64,000 bases of DNA, from NCBI GenBank assembly GCA_046583355.1, contig JAYGCM010000057.1, positions 1-64,000 of the forward strand, read 5' to 3'. The stretch's first letter is position 1; every line of letters starts with the position of its first letter. The position numbers and the translations under genes are program-made. Origin of the DNA: Deltaproteobacteria bacterium. GTDB taxonomy: Bacteria; Desulfobacterota; Binatia; UBA12015. Below the pieces are notes generated by a model. The model was not told the DNA's origin. It searched no databases and saw only the letters and a list, made by a program, of their open reading frames with translations. Shown here one piece after another: positions 47,400-58,162 of the stretch.

Positions 47400-48920
47400 A
47401 TGGTAGCGTTGCCCGTCTTCGCAGGGTTGCGGAGCAGCCTTGTCGTGGCACAACTTCTCATTCCCATCCGACCCCATAAAAGGGTCCGCCTGCCGGTGAC
47501 ATTAGCGACCATCCTGGTGCCGCTGGTGGGCCTTTTCATCATCCTGAACGTGGCTCCCGTGCGCAGTCCGCTGACCGAAGCCGAAGCACCCTTGGCGCTG
47601 GCCGCGCGCTACCCCGACCGTATGCTGCTGGATGCGAGCACCTTGCCGCCCACAACGGCTGCCAGCGTAGCGTTAGCCAGCATCGGGCCGAAGCTGATCG
47701 GCACGAGCGAGTTCCATCTGCGTATTCTGGGCCTGCTTGCTGGACTCGGCGCCCTCGCGCTGATGATCCGGCTCGGCGAGCGACTCTTCTCGACGCGGGT
47801 CGGCATCGTTGCCGCCTTGTTGCTTGTCGCGACGCCGGCGGGCCGCGCCCTGCTCGGCACGCAGCTCTCGGCCGAGCCTTTCTATCTGATCGCCACCTTC
47901 GCCGCGCTCGGAGCGGCGCGCAGCCTCGCAGTCTCGCGCTCCTCGGGCCTATGGGCCGGTATCGCCATCGGGGTTGCCGTAGCCCTGGCCGGCCCGCGTG
48001 CGCTCTGGCTTGTCGGCGTCGTGGGTTTCTGGCTCTGGCGCCTGCGCGGCCTCAATCTCCGTAGCGCCCTGACCGTATGCTTCGTGGTCGCGCTCTCCGC
48101 CGGCACTACGGCCCTTCTCAGTGGGGCACTTCTGGTCGTGCTCCGGCCCGGACCTTTGCCGCCCCTGCTGCTGCAACCCTTTGCCGACGGCATCGCCTGG
48201 AACCCCGCACTCTTCCTGCTCGGCTTGCTCTTCTTCGCTCCCGTCGTACCCCTGGCGGTACTCGGCACCCTGCACCGCCCGGCGCTCTGGCGCCTGCGCG
48301 GTTCACCTCGTTTCCTCGCCATCTGGCTATCCTTTGCTCTTGTCGAATTCATCATCTCCGGTCATGGCGCGAACCTCTATATCGGCCTCAGCTTTGGCGT
48401 CGCCGTCCCTGCGGTCTGGGCAATTGAGAACGCACCGCGGCGCACGGCGATTTTCGCGCTCACGGCCTCAGCCGTGCTCGCCATGGCCTTGATCACCGTG
48501 GCTCCCGAGAACGCCGAGCTCCGCTCGCGCGAGCGCTGGGCGGCACGCGAAACCAGCCGCTTCGTGCGCCGCACGGTACCCGAGGGAGCCACCCTTCTCG
48601 CCACCGACAGGCTGCGCGGCCGGATCGCGTATTACGCACGGCGCACGACGCGTCCGAGCCACGACGGCATGGATAGCGCCGCCGTGCATTGGGAAATCAT
48701 CCCGCGCCATATCCTCACCACGGCCGGAGCCGACCTGGCCCTGCCGCGCAACCTCCAGGTCGAAGGAGAAGATGCCCGTATCCTTGCCGAGATCGGCCCC
48801 TATGTACTGAGCCGCGTTGGGACACCTCCGCCGACTCCTGCGCCGGCCACCGATCCCCAGGCGCGGACTGCCTTGATCGGGAACCGACATTCTGGCAACG
48901 CGGTAGCTGTCTATGAGTGA
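47400..48920 (+). CDS. ArnT/PMT-like (GT-C fold) membrane protein
   Basis: Many TMs; GTSEFHLR..LGERLF..GIVAALLL..P pattern; start uncertain. Confidence 0.65.
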   Translation: MVALPVFAGLRSSLVVAQLLIPIRPHKRVRLPVTLATILVPLVGLFIILNVAPVRSPLTEAEAPLALAARYPDRMLLDASTLPPTTAASVALASIGPKLIGTSEFHLRILGLLAGLGALALMIRLGERLFSTRVGIVAALLLVATPAGRALLGTQLSAEPFYLIATFAALGAARSLAVSRSSGLWAGIAIGVAVALAGPRALWLVGVVGFWLWRLRGLNLRSALTVCFVVALSAGTTALLSGALLVVLRPGPLPPLLLQPFADGIAWNPALFLLGLLFFAPVVPLAVLGTLHRPALWRLRGSPRFLAIWLSFALVEFIISGHGANLYIGLSFGVAVPAVWAIENAPRRTAIFALTASAVLAMALITVAPENAELRSRERWAARETSRFVRRTVPEGATLLATDRLRGRIAYYARRTTRPSHDGMDSAAVHWEIIPRHILTTAGADLALPRNLQVEGEDARILAEIGPYVLSRVGTPPPTPAPATDPQARTALIGNRHSGNAVAVYE

Positions 48921-49476
48921 AATCAGCAGCGAAACTCCGAAGGAAGAAACAACTCCTGAGGAGCCCCAGGTCCGCTGGTGGATCGATACCGGCAAGACCG
49001 GCGGACGTGGCCGGCGGGGAGCGGCGCCTGAGATTCCGGCCGAACGTGTCCTCGGGGAGTCGATCTTCGCGGTTGGCGCCGGCTTCGACGAAGACCGCGC
49101 TCGTACCCAGCTGACGGGTTCCAATATGAACCTGATCCGCGAAGCCAACCCGACGCCGGGAGAGTGGGCCTACCTCGCGCCCGTCGAGTCGACTTCGACG
49201 CCAGAACAAATCGAAAAAACCAAGAAATTCCTTCACCTTCCCCAATGGGCGCTAGGCGTCTTGGTGGATTCCGGCATCTCGATCCGCGCGATCGCCACCG
49301 GCGACCCACCCGGCGCACAAATCGTCGAACTGCGGCTGGGCAAGGACTCTTCTTTCGATGCCTGGCATGAAGGCGAATGGGTGCGCGAGCAGGTCTTTCG
49401 CGACCGCCACCGTGCACTCCGCGAGGGCTCTGGATTCTTGGAGCGTAATCTCGCTCGGCGCGATCGCCTCGGGTGA
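48913..49476 (+). CDS. Hypothetical protein
   Basis: Coding-like composition; overlaps the upstream stop; no recognised motif. Confidence 0.6.
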   Translation: MSEISSETPKEETTPEEPQVRWWIDTGKTGGRGRRGAAPEIPAERVLGESIFAVGAGFDEDRARTQLTGSNMNLIREANPTPGEWAYLAPVESTSTPEQIEKTKKFLHLPQWALGVLVDSGISIRAIATGDPPGAQIVELRLGKDSSFDAWHEGEWVREQVFRDRHRALREGSGFLERNLARRDRLG

Positions 49477-49507
49477 TTTCCCGCCGGCCATGGAGTATCC
49501 CTGCTGA

Positions 49508-49855
49508 ATGGGAGACGCGCCGGACAAAGAAGACCTCTACGATGAGGGCCTCGACCTTGCCTTCGACGGCAAATACCACGAGGCGATTGGCAAATACCGC
49601 GAGGCCGTCGCACTCGACGCCACCTACGCCGATGCGATTCTCGGCATCGCGATGGCGCATGCCGAACTCGACGAACTCGACGAGGCAATCGAGGCCGCCA
49701 AGCAACTCTGCGCGATCGACCCCGACGATATCCTCGCCCATACCAGCCTCTCGACGTTCTATATGCGCAAGGAAATGGTCCCCGAGGCCGAGGCCGAATC
49801 GGCCAAGGCGCGTATGCTCGATTGGAAGCGTCAACTCAAGGAAGGCAACTCATAA
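49508..49855 (+). CDS. Tetratricopeptide repeat protein
   Basis: EAIGKYREAVALDATYADA..EAIEAAKQLCAIDPDDILAHTSLS TPR pattern. Confidence 0.85.
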   Translation: MGDAPDKEDLYDEGLDLAFDGKYHEAIGKYREAVALDATYADAILGIAMAHAELDELDEAIEAAKQLCAIDPDDILAHTSLSTFYMRKEMVPEAEAESAKARMLDWKRQLKEGNS

Positions 49856-50130
49856 TGAGTGACGGAGAGAGGCCAGATGCCTATTATGTCGGGCGCCTGC
49901 TCGGCAAGCTCAAACTCCTCATCGCCACCGACGACGAAGTTCCGATGGATACCAAACTCGACACCCAGGCGATGATCAAGGAGTTCGCGCGCCACCTCTC
50001 CGCCCCGCTAGACGAGCAGGATGTGCCGACCTTGCAAGCACAGCATAACCACCTGCTTGTCGAGCTTGAGGACTTCCCCAACTGCGAGTCGCTGCTGCTT
50101 GCGCTGCCGAACTTCGCGCCCAACCTCTAG
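49855..50130 (+). CDS. Hypothetical protein
   Basis: TAATG overlap with the TPR gene; coding-like composition. Confidence 0.6.
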   Translation: MSDGERPDAYYVGRLLGKLKLLIATDDEVPMDTKLDTQAMIKEFARHLSAPLDEQDVPTLQAQHNHLLVELEDFPNCESLLLALPNFAPNL

Positions 50131-50147
50131 ACGCCGCCGATTGCGCC

Positions 50148-51248
50148 ATGACGGCTCGCGAACTCAGCCAGCGCGTGCGCGCTGCCATCGGAGAGACAGC
50201 GGCAGACCCGCAGGCCCCCTTTGCCTTCGACGCACTCGCCGAGGAGATTTTCGCTTTCCAATTTTCTCATTGCGAAATCTATCGTCGTTTTTGTGAGCGA
50301 CGAGGTATCCGGCCGGGAGATACCACGACCTGGAAGGAAATCCCGGCGCTGCCCACCAGCGCCTTCAAGGCGCTGGACCTCGCCTGTGGCGATGCCGAGC
50401 AGGTTTTCCTCACCAGCGGGACGACGCAAGGCGAGGAACGGCGGGGCCGCCACCTGATGCCCGATGTCGCACTCTACCGCGAGTCCGCGGTGGCACATTT
50501 CCGCCGCATGGTGCTGCCCGATGGAGCCCGGCCACGCATCGTCGGCCTTCTCGCCGGGCCGGCCGAGACACCCCAATCCTCGCTTATGCAAATGGTCGAA
50601 TGGCTCCGCATTGAACTCGGTGACGACGCCCCCGAATACCTGGTCGATGCCGCGGGTTTCAATGCCGCGGCCGCCACTTCTCGCCTGCGCATACTTGCCG
50701 CCGAGGCGCGTCCTCTGTGCCTGATCGGCGTGCGCACGGTCTTTACCGCGCTGCTGGACCACCTCCGCGCCGCCGGAGAAGAGATCGAGTTTCCGGCCGA
50801 TACCCGTATCGTCGAGACCGGCGGACCCAAAGGCGGCCGCACCCTCTCCGACAACGGGCTGCGCCGCTCGGCCTGGGACCTGCTCGGCGTACCCGGATAT
50901 TATTGCCTCGGCGAATACGGCATGACCGAGCTCTCTTCCCAATATTACGACGATGTCCTGGAGCGCCGCTTTGCCGGCTCCAACGCAAAACGGCGCAAGC
51001 TCGCACCGCCGTGGCTGCGCTCGGTGGCCGTCGACCCCGAAACCCTCGCCCCGCTACCCGATGGCGAAAAAGGCCTGCTACGACACGTCGACCTCGCCAA
51101 CGCGCTCTCCGTGCTGGCCGTACAAACCGAAGACCTCGGCATCGTCACGGGCCCCTACCTCGAATTACACGGCCGCCAACCGGGGGCCGAGCCACGCGGT
51201 TGCGCGCTGGCCCTGGCGCACCTGCTCGAAGGCGAGACACGCGGTTGA
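50148..51248 (+). CDS. LuxE-family acyl-protein synthetase
   Basis: IPALPTSAFK, FLTSGTT, ETGGPKG, EYGMTELSSQ, DLAN..VQTEDLG, C-terminal GR..GAEPRGC. Confidence 0.9.
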   Translation: MTARELSQRVRAAIGETAADPQAPFAFDALAEEIFAFQFSHCEIYRRFCERRGIRPGDTTTWKEIPALPTSAFKALDLACGDAEQVFLTSGTTQGEERRGRHLMPDVALYRESAVAHFRRMVLPDGARPRIVGLLAGPAETPQSSLMQMVEWLRIELGDDAPEYLVDAAGFNAAAATSRLRILAAEARPLCLIGVRTVFTALLDHLRAAGEEIEFPADTRIVETGGPKGGRTLSDNGLRRSAWDLLGVPGYYCLGEYGMTELSSQYYDDVLERRFAGSNAKRRKLAPPWLRSVAVDPETLAPLPDGEKGLLRHVDLANALSVLAVQTEDLGIVTGPYLELHGRQPGAEPRGCALALAHLLEGETRG

Positions 51249-53674
51249 GCGCCGATGAATTCACGCGCTCGCTTGCCGAACTCATCCAGGCTGGACGTGC
51301 GTTACGCGAGCAACCCCGCAGCGCCCGCATCCGCCGGCTGGGCACGATCCTCGAGGGCTTGCTCGCACCCCAAAGCGACCTCATAGGCTGGGCAAGCGAA
51401 ATCGCCGAAAGCACCGGCTACGCCACCCCAATGGTCGAAGTCTGCCTGCGACGAAGCCTTGCGGCCTGGAACGACCCGGCTCTGACGGAGAATATCGCCA
51501 CGGCCGAGAGCGCGCCGGGTGAGCATGCGGCGCCCGACCTCATCGCCGCCATTCTCGCGCAGAATACACCGGGGCTGGCGATCGGACCGATCGTAACCGC
51601 GCTGGCTCTGGGCTCCGCTGTGGTGGTGAAAAGTGCGCGCGGCGAGCCGCATTTCGCCGAGCGTTTCGTCGCGGCAATTCGCGCCAAGGACCCGATTCTC
51701 GGAGCGGCCTGTGCAGCGTGGGTCTGGCAGGGCGGCGACCCGGATTTCGAAAACCCGCTGGCCGAGGCCGCCGACCGCATCCTCGTCTACGGCGACAGGG
51801 CGACGATCGCCTCCTGGCGCGAGCGCGCCGGCGAGCGCGTCGTCGCACACGGGCCGCGCATCAGTCTCGCCTTGGTCGGGGACGGACTCGATGCCGCGGG
51901 CCTCACAGCATTGGCCGAGGATATCGCCTTTCTCGACGGACGCGGCTGCCTCTCGCCGCAGGCGATCCTGACAACACCGGAGGTCGACGCCACGCGGCTC
52001 GGCGCCGGACTCGCCCGCGAATTGGAACTCATTGCCCGACAATGGCCGCGGCGCCGCTTGGCAGGCAGCGCGGCCGCAGGCTTCCGCCAGGCTGTCGCCA
52101 GCGCCGAGATGGCGCTGGCCGCCGGCGCTGCCGGGGCTCTCTTCGGCGGGCACGCGGCGGGCTTCGCGATCGAAGTCCGCGCCGAGGCCCGAACCCCGGC
52201 GCGGGAATCCGCCTCGGCCCTGGAGCCGTCTCCGTTGGATCGCTTCATCCGTATCTATCCGCTGGCGGGTGCCGAAGCCCTGGCCGCCGCGCTCCGGCCA
52301 CTGCGCGAGAATCTCGAATGCATCGGCGTAGGCGGTGCGATCGGCGCGCCCTTCGAGGCGACGCTGCGCCGCGCCGGCGTGCCACGAATCTGCCAAATCG
52401 GTTCGATGCAAGACCCGCCGGCCGCCTGGCAGCCGGCCGGCCCCTTCCTGCACACGCGCCACGATGAGCGGCCCGGCGCGCCCGGCGACCTGCCCGAGCG
52501 CTTCCGCCGCGTCGTCGCACAGACCTCGGAGGCACCGCGCGCGCTTGAGGTCGTCCGTGCGCGCGGCGCCCATATCTTCACCAGCGACGGCCAGGCCCAC
52601 CTCGACCTGCTGGCAGGAATCGGCGTCGCATCGGTCGGCCACGCGCACCCGCGGGTCGCCGCAGCCGTCGCGCGCCAGGCCCGCCTCTATACCCACGTGA
52701 TGGTCTACGGCGAAGACGCGCTGGCACCGCAGGTCGAACTGGCCGAGCGCCTCACGGCACGCCTGCCCGCGCATCTCGAAGCCGTCTACTTCACCAATAG
52801 CGGCACCGAAGCGATCGAAGGTGCGCTCAAGCTGGTGCGCAAGGCCACCGGACGCACGCGAGTGCTCTCCTTTGAAGGTGCCTTCCACGGCGACACCACC
52901 GGCTCGGTCGCGCTTGGCGGCAACCCGCTCTACCGCGAGCCCTTCCGCCCGCTGATCGAAGGCATCGAGCAGATCCCCTGGAATGATGTCGACGCGCTGG
53001 CGCGCATCGACGAGACCACCGCTGCCGTCTTTGCCGAACCCGTGCAGGCTGAGGCCGGCGTGCGCCTTCCTGCGGCGGATTTCCTGCCGCGCCTACGCGC
53101 GCGCTGCACCGAGGTCGGCGCCCTGCTGGTCTTCGATGAGGTCGTGACCGCCTTCGGCCGTACCGGCCGCTTCTGGGGTTTCGAGCATTGGCCCGAGGCG
53201 GCCCCCGACGTATTGGTGCTGGCAAAATCTCTCGGCGGCGGGCTGCCGCTGGGAGCCTTTATCGCCTCCCACCAACTACTCGCATCCCTCTCAAGCGATC
53301 CGCCGCTGGGCCATGTGACAACCTTCGGCGGCAACCCGGTCTGCTGCGCCGCAGCACTTGCCGCCTTGGACGTTCTTGAAGAAGAAGCATTGGTCGAGCG
53401 CAGCGCGCGTGTCGGTGCCCTCTTCCTTGAAGAGCTGCGCGCGCTGGTCGGCCACGGCGGCCTGGTAGAGGTCCGCGGCCTCGGCATGCTGCTTGGGCTG
53501 GAGTTCGCAACGCCACAGGCGTGCCTGGCGTTTGCCGAAGCCTGCCGCGCCCGCCACCTGCTGCTCGGCTGGACCCTGCACGAAGACCGCGTGATCCGGC
53601 TCGCGCCGCCTCTGATCCTCAGCGACCCCGAACGCAGACACGCCGTGACCGAAATCCGCGCCGCCCTCGCCTGA
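51245..53674 (+). CDS. Fusion: LuxC-like acyl-CoA/acyl-protein reductase plus class III PLP aminotransferase
   Basis: TTG start overlaps the luxE TGA. N-half: AQNTP, VKSA, WQGG, VYGD..TI, HGPRIS, DGRGCLSPQ, RICQIGSMQDPP. C-half: LDLLAGIG, FTNSGTEA, AFHG, EPVQAEAG, FDEV.TAFGRTG, PDVLVLAKSLGGG. One continuous frame. Confidence 0.88.
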   Translation: MSADEFTRSLAELIQAGRALREQPRSARIRRLGTILEGLLAPQSDLIGWASEIAESTGYATPMVEVCLRRSLAAWNDPALTENIATAESAPGEHAAPDLIAAILAQNTPGLAIGPIVTALALGSAVVVKSARGEPHFAERFVAAIRAKDPILGAACAAWVWQGGDPDFENPLAEAADRILVYGDRATIASWRERAGERVVAHGPRISLALVGDGLDAAGLTALAEDIAFLDGRGCLSPQAILTTPEVDATRLGAGLARELELIARQWPRRRLAGSAAAGFRQAVASAEMALAAGAAGALFGGHAAGFAIEVRAEARTPARESASALEPSPLDRFIRIYPLAGAEALAAALRPLRENLECIGVGGAIGAPFEATLRRAGVPRICQIGSMQDPPAAWQPAGPFLHTRHDERPGAPGDLPERFRRVVAQTSEAPRALEVVRARGAHIFTSDGQAHLDLLAGIGVASVGHAHPRVAAAVARQARLYTHVMVYGEDALAPQVELAERLTARLPAHLEAVYFTNSGTEAIEGALKLVRKATGRTRVLSFEGAFHGDTTGSVALGGNPLYREPFRPLIEGIEQIPWNDVDALARIDETTAAVFAEPVQAEAGVRLPAADFLPRLRARCTEVGALLVFDEVVTAFGRTGRFWGFEHWPEAAPDVLVLAKSLGGGLPLGAFIASHQLLASLSSDPPLGHVTTFGGNPVCCAAALAALDVLEEEALVERSARVGALFLEELRALVGHGGLVEVRGLGMLLGLEFATPQACLAFAEACRARHLLLGWTLHEDRVIRLAPPLILSDPERRHAVTEIRAALA

Positions 53675-53848
53675 GCCCGGTGGGGACGGAGCCCAGTCCT
53701 GTGGGGACGTGTGTTACCTATACTCCTCAGCTGCTGGTGCAGGAGTTGTTGGCCGCGCCGTCGTCGAGTTCGTCGCAGATCAGCTCGAGCCCCATGGTAC
53801 CGTTCAGAGTACGGCAGGCCCGGATCGGCGGCGGATTCGCACCCAGCC

Positions 53849-54953
<1,105 letters not shown>

Positions 54954-55031
54954 GCGCGCTTGGATAACGAAGCCCGACGCGGGACGCATCCCGGCCATGC
55001 ACTTTCGCCGCGAAACCGTAAGAATACCCCG

Positions 55032-56081
55032 ATGCCAACCAGAACCGAGCGTCGAGGTGCCGTGGGCATCCTCGTCAATCCCTCTTCCGGGCGTGACGTA
55101 CGACGCCTGGCGGCGCGCGCCCGCCAGCAGACGATCGAAGCCAAGCGCAATCAGGTGGCGCGCATCGCCGTCGGGATTGCGGCCGCTGGCGCCCGCACGG
55201 CCGTCGTGATGCAGGACCCGATGCGGGCTGCCACCGCTGCGCTCGAGCATATCGGCATCGATATCGAGGTTGAGATTCTCGACGTCGGCGCCAGCCTCAA
55301 GGCCGCCGATACCGCTGCCGCCACCGAGAAGATGCGCGCCTTCGGCTGTGGCGCGATCGTGGTGCTCGGTGGCGACGGCACCAACCGGGTGGTCGCCGGC
55401 GCCTGGCCGGACGCACCTCTGGTCCCTCTCTCGACCGGCACCAATAATGTCTTCCCGGTCCTCGCAGAAGCGACCATGGCAGGTGCCGCCGCAGGCCTGA
55501 TCGCAGCCGGCCGGCTACCCCTCGATTCTGTCTCGACACAGGCCAAGATCGTGCATATCGAGAGTGCTGCCGGCGAGACCATCGCGCTGATCGACGCCGT
55601 GCGCCTGGAGGGCGACCACAAGGGCAACCTCATGCCCTTCGACCCGCCGATGCTCCGCGATATCATCCTGACCCGCGCCGAACCCGCGGCCATCGGCATG
55701 TCGCCGATTGGCGGCCTGCTCCTACCATGTTCCCTCGACGACGATTTCGGCGTGCATGTGCGCTGCACCGACCACGCAGGCGGCGGCCGGCCGCTGCTCG
55801 CGCCGATCTCACCGGGACTCTACGGGACGGTTCATATCGCCGATGTGCGACGCGTCGAGCTCGGCGAGCGAATCGCCATCTCGGGGCCCGGCGTGCTTGC
55901 CTTTGACGGCGACCGCGAGCTTGTCCTGCGCGCCGGCGAACAGGCCTTCGCCACCATTCGGCGTGACGGCCCGCGCGTCATCGACGTCGGGCGGGCCTTG
56001 CACGAAGCCGCGCGGCTGGGCCTCTACGTTGACCGCGGCCCGTTTCACGATTCGCACGGCGACGCCCCGGGCTGCTGCTGA
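55032..56081 (+). CDS. ATP-NAD kinase/AcoX-like family protein
   Basis: GILVNPSSGRDVRRL, LGGDGT, STGTNN, FDGDRE. Confidence 0.8.
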   Translation: MPTRTERRGAVGILVNPSSGRDVRRLAARARQQTIEAKRNQVARIAVGIAAAGARTAVVMQDPMRAATAALEHIGIDIEVEILDVGASLKAADTAAATEKMRAFGCGAIVVLGGDGTNRVVAGAWPDAPLVPLSTGTNNVFPVLAEATMAGAAAGLIAAGRLPLDSVSTQAKIVHIESAAGETIALIDAVRLEGDHKGNLMPFDPPMLRDIILTRAEPAAIGMSPIGGLLLPCSLDDDFGVHVRCTDHAGGGRPLLAPISPGLYGTVHIADVRRVELGERIAISGPGVLAFDGDRELVLRAGEQAFATIRRDGPRVIDVGRALHEAARLGLYVDRGPFHDSHGDAPGCC

Positions 56082-56111
56082 GTCCGCGCCGCCGGAGGCC
56101 CAGCCGGACGT

Positions 56112-57293
56112 CTAAAGCCCCAGCGACTCCTCGACCAGACCGAGATGGACCTCGGCGCAATCGAGCCAGACCTTCTCGCTGATGAAGGCATGCTGCGAGC
56201 CGGTATGGAGGTCGCGGAAGCAGCGCTCCAGCACGCTGCCCTTGCGGATCGCCGCTGTCCCCGCATAGCGGTGCGCGAATTCTGCTGCCTCGATCGCGGC
56301 CTCGGTTGCCAGGTTGGTTGCCAGCCGCACGTCCGCACGCTGCGCCAGCGTCGGCTCGGCGCCGGCGTCCGCCACCTGCTGCAATTCATCGAAGGTCGCA
56401 AAGACGAAGAGACGCGCGGCGCGCAATTTCGCCTCGTGTACCATCAGCCCCTTCTGGAAGGTCGGTTTCTGCGCGATCGGCGCGGGGTCGCCCATTCGGA
56501 CGCGGTCCCTGGCCAATGCGGCCACCTCGTCGAGCGCGCGGCGGCCAACGCCCAGCGCCCAGGCGGCGTGCCCCGAGGAGGTAAAGGGCATCATGCCGAG
56601 GCGGAAATGGGGATTGCCGCGTAGCGGCGTGCGCGAGAAGAGCGGGAAGGTGAACTCTGTGGGGACGAAGACGTCGCTGAGTTCGTAATCGTAGCTGCCC
56701 GTGCCCGCGAGCCCCATAACGAACCAGCCATCTTTGAAATCAACCTTGTCACGCGGCACCACCGCGACCATCATCTCCGGCAACCCACCCTCGGCCATGA
56801 TCGGCTGACCGTCGGCGTCGAGCGGCATGAAGCCGGATGCGATATAATTCGAATGCCCCGAGCCACTGCCGAACGAATAGCTGCCGCTGACCCGGTAGCC
56901 ACCCTCTTCCATCGTCGCGGTACCCCGCGGAAAGAGCTGCCCACCGAGAGTCGCGGCCGGGTTACCGGCAAAAATAGTCTCAACCGCGGCATCGGGCAGA
57001 AAAGCCGCCACCGCCGCGGCGCCAGCGCCATTGGCCATGGCCGTCCACCCCGCCGAACCATCGGCGCGCGAGAGCTCCTCCCAGACCTCCAGCACCTCGC
57101 GAAACCCGCAGGCCTCGCCACCGAGCTCTTCGGGCAGGACAAAAGAGAAAAGCCCGGCGTCGGCAAGCGCCGTAACGCTCTCGGCGGGCAGCGTCCGCGC
57201 CGCCTCCGCCGCGTCTGCATTCGCTTCCAATACCGGAGAAATTTCACGCGCCCGCGCAAGCGGCGTCTTGGTGGCCAGATTCGTCACACTCAT
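56112..57293 (-). CDS. Acyl-CoA dehydrogenase-fold flavin-dependent monooxygenase (HsaA/HpaB-like)
   Basis: DGSAGW, SG.YSFGSG, W.VMGLAGTGS.D, ERCFRDLH..SQH. Confidence 0.88.
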   Translation of the reverse strand: MSVTNLATKTPLARAREISPVLEANADAAEAARTLPAESVTALADAGLFSFVLPEELGGEACGFREVLEVWEELSRADGSAGWTAMANGAGAAAVAAFLPDAAVETIFAGNPAATLGGQLFPRGTATMEEGGYRVSGSYSFGSGSGHSNYIASGFMPLDADGQPIMAEGGLPEMMVAVVPRDKVDFKDGWFVMGLAGTGSYDYELSDVFVPTEFTFPLFSRTPLRGNPHFRLGMMPFTSSGHAAWALGVGRRALDEVAALARDRVRMGDPAPIAQKPTFQKGLMVHEAKLRAARLFVFATFDELQQVADAGAEPTLAQRADVRLATNLATEAAIEAAEFAHRYAGTAAIRKGSVLERCFRDLHTGSQHAFISEKVWLDCAEVHLGLVEESLGL

Positions 57294-57312
57294 GCTCGGC
57301 GACATTATCACC

Positions 57313-57442
57313 CGCCCAGCCAGCCGCCAGCTACACTTAACCGGAGATCAGCCGCTCAATCCGGATCAATGACCAATGGCGCGTTGTTTTCCGCTGGCTT
57401 TCCGGCAACGCGCTCGACGTCGAAGTAGTCGATTACGATTAG
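57313..57442 (+). pseudogene. higB: Truncated HigB/RelE toxin remnant
   Basis: 57356-57442 reads SIRINDQWRVVFRWLSGNALDVEVVDYD*; a preceding frame gives RQLHLTGDQ; the N-terminus and start are missing. Confidence 0.75.
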
Positions 57443-57461
57443 CGCGGTTGGAGAAGAGACA

Positions 57462-57728
57462 ATGAAAAGACCCAAAAATCCGTTCCATCCCGGCGAGATG
57501 CTCCTCAAGGAGTTTCTCATACCGGCGCAGATGGCGCAGGCTGCATTCGCGAAGAACGTGGGCTGGACACGCGCCCGGCTCAATGAATTGATCCGGGGCA
57601 AGCGTGGAGTCACCGCCGAGTCGGCCCTCGATCTCGCAGACGCCCTGGGAACCTCGGCCAAACTCTGGATGAACCTGCAGGCGACCTGGGATCTCGAGCA
57701 GGCCCGCAAGCGGCGTGACGCCGCCTGA
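57462..57728 (+). CDS. higA: HigA family addiction-module antitoxin
   Basis: HPGEMLLKEFL..NELIRGKRGVTAE.AL.L..ALGTS..LWMNLQ..WDL. Confidence 0.93.
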   Translation: MKRPKNPFHPGEMLLKEFLIPAQMAQAAFAKNVGWTRARLNELIRGKRGVTAESALDLADALGTSAKLWMNLQATWDLEQARKRRDAA

Positions 57729-57745
57729 GTGTCGCGCGGGGTTCT

Positions 57746-58162
57746 TCAGAGCATTCCGAGCGCGGTCGAAATCACCAGAGCCGCCAGGACGATCGTCGAG
57801 ATCGAGAACACCGTAAAACGCATCAGCACGTTGTTCACCGTGCACTGGATGAGCGAGTGCACGACGCGGAGCCCGACGTAGCCCCAAGCGAGGCCCACCG
57901 CGAGCCCGTCGGCCTGACCCGCCACCTGAGCCGCGAGAGCTGTCGCGTAGAAAATCGTCGGCTGCTCCATCAGGTGGTTGTAGTTGTCCGAGATCTGCAT
58001 GATCTCCGGCGGTAGGTTCAACTCGCGCGTCCGTGCCGCCTCTTGCGGGTCGATCTTCGCTTTGCGCAACGCCGGGATACGGGTGGCGTACATCCATAGC
58101 CAGATCACCAACGTCCACAGCACCAGCGCCAGAATCGGCGCGACAAGTCCAGCTTGCTCCAT
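57746..58162 (-). CDS. MAPEG family membrane protein
   Basis: MYATR, DNYNHLMEQPTIFY, YVGLRVVHS, R. Confidence 0.88.
   Translation of the reverse strand: MEQAGLVAPILALVLWTLVIWLWMYATRIPALRKAKIDPQEAARTRELNLPPEIMQISDNYNHLMEQPTIFYATALAAQVAGQADGLAVGLAWGYVGLRVVHSLIQCTVNNVLMRFTVFSISTIVLAALVISTALGML

Noticed and set aside
50717..51244. N-terminal extension of the 985-aa ORF
   Set aside because: Arg/Pro-rich out-of-frame shadow overlapping luxE; the real start is most likely TTG 51245.
50148..53674. Bioluminescence (lux) operon
   Set aside because: No luxA/luxB/luxD in the window; luxE/luxC homologues are widespread without luminescence.
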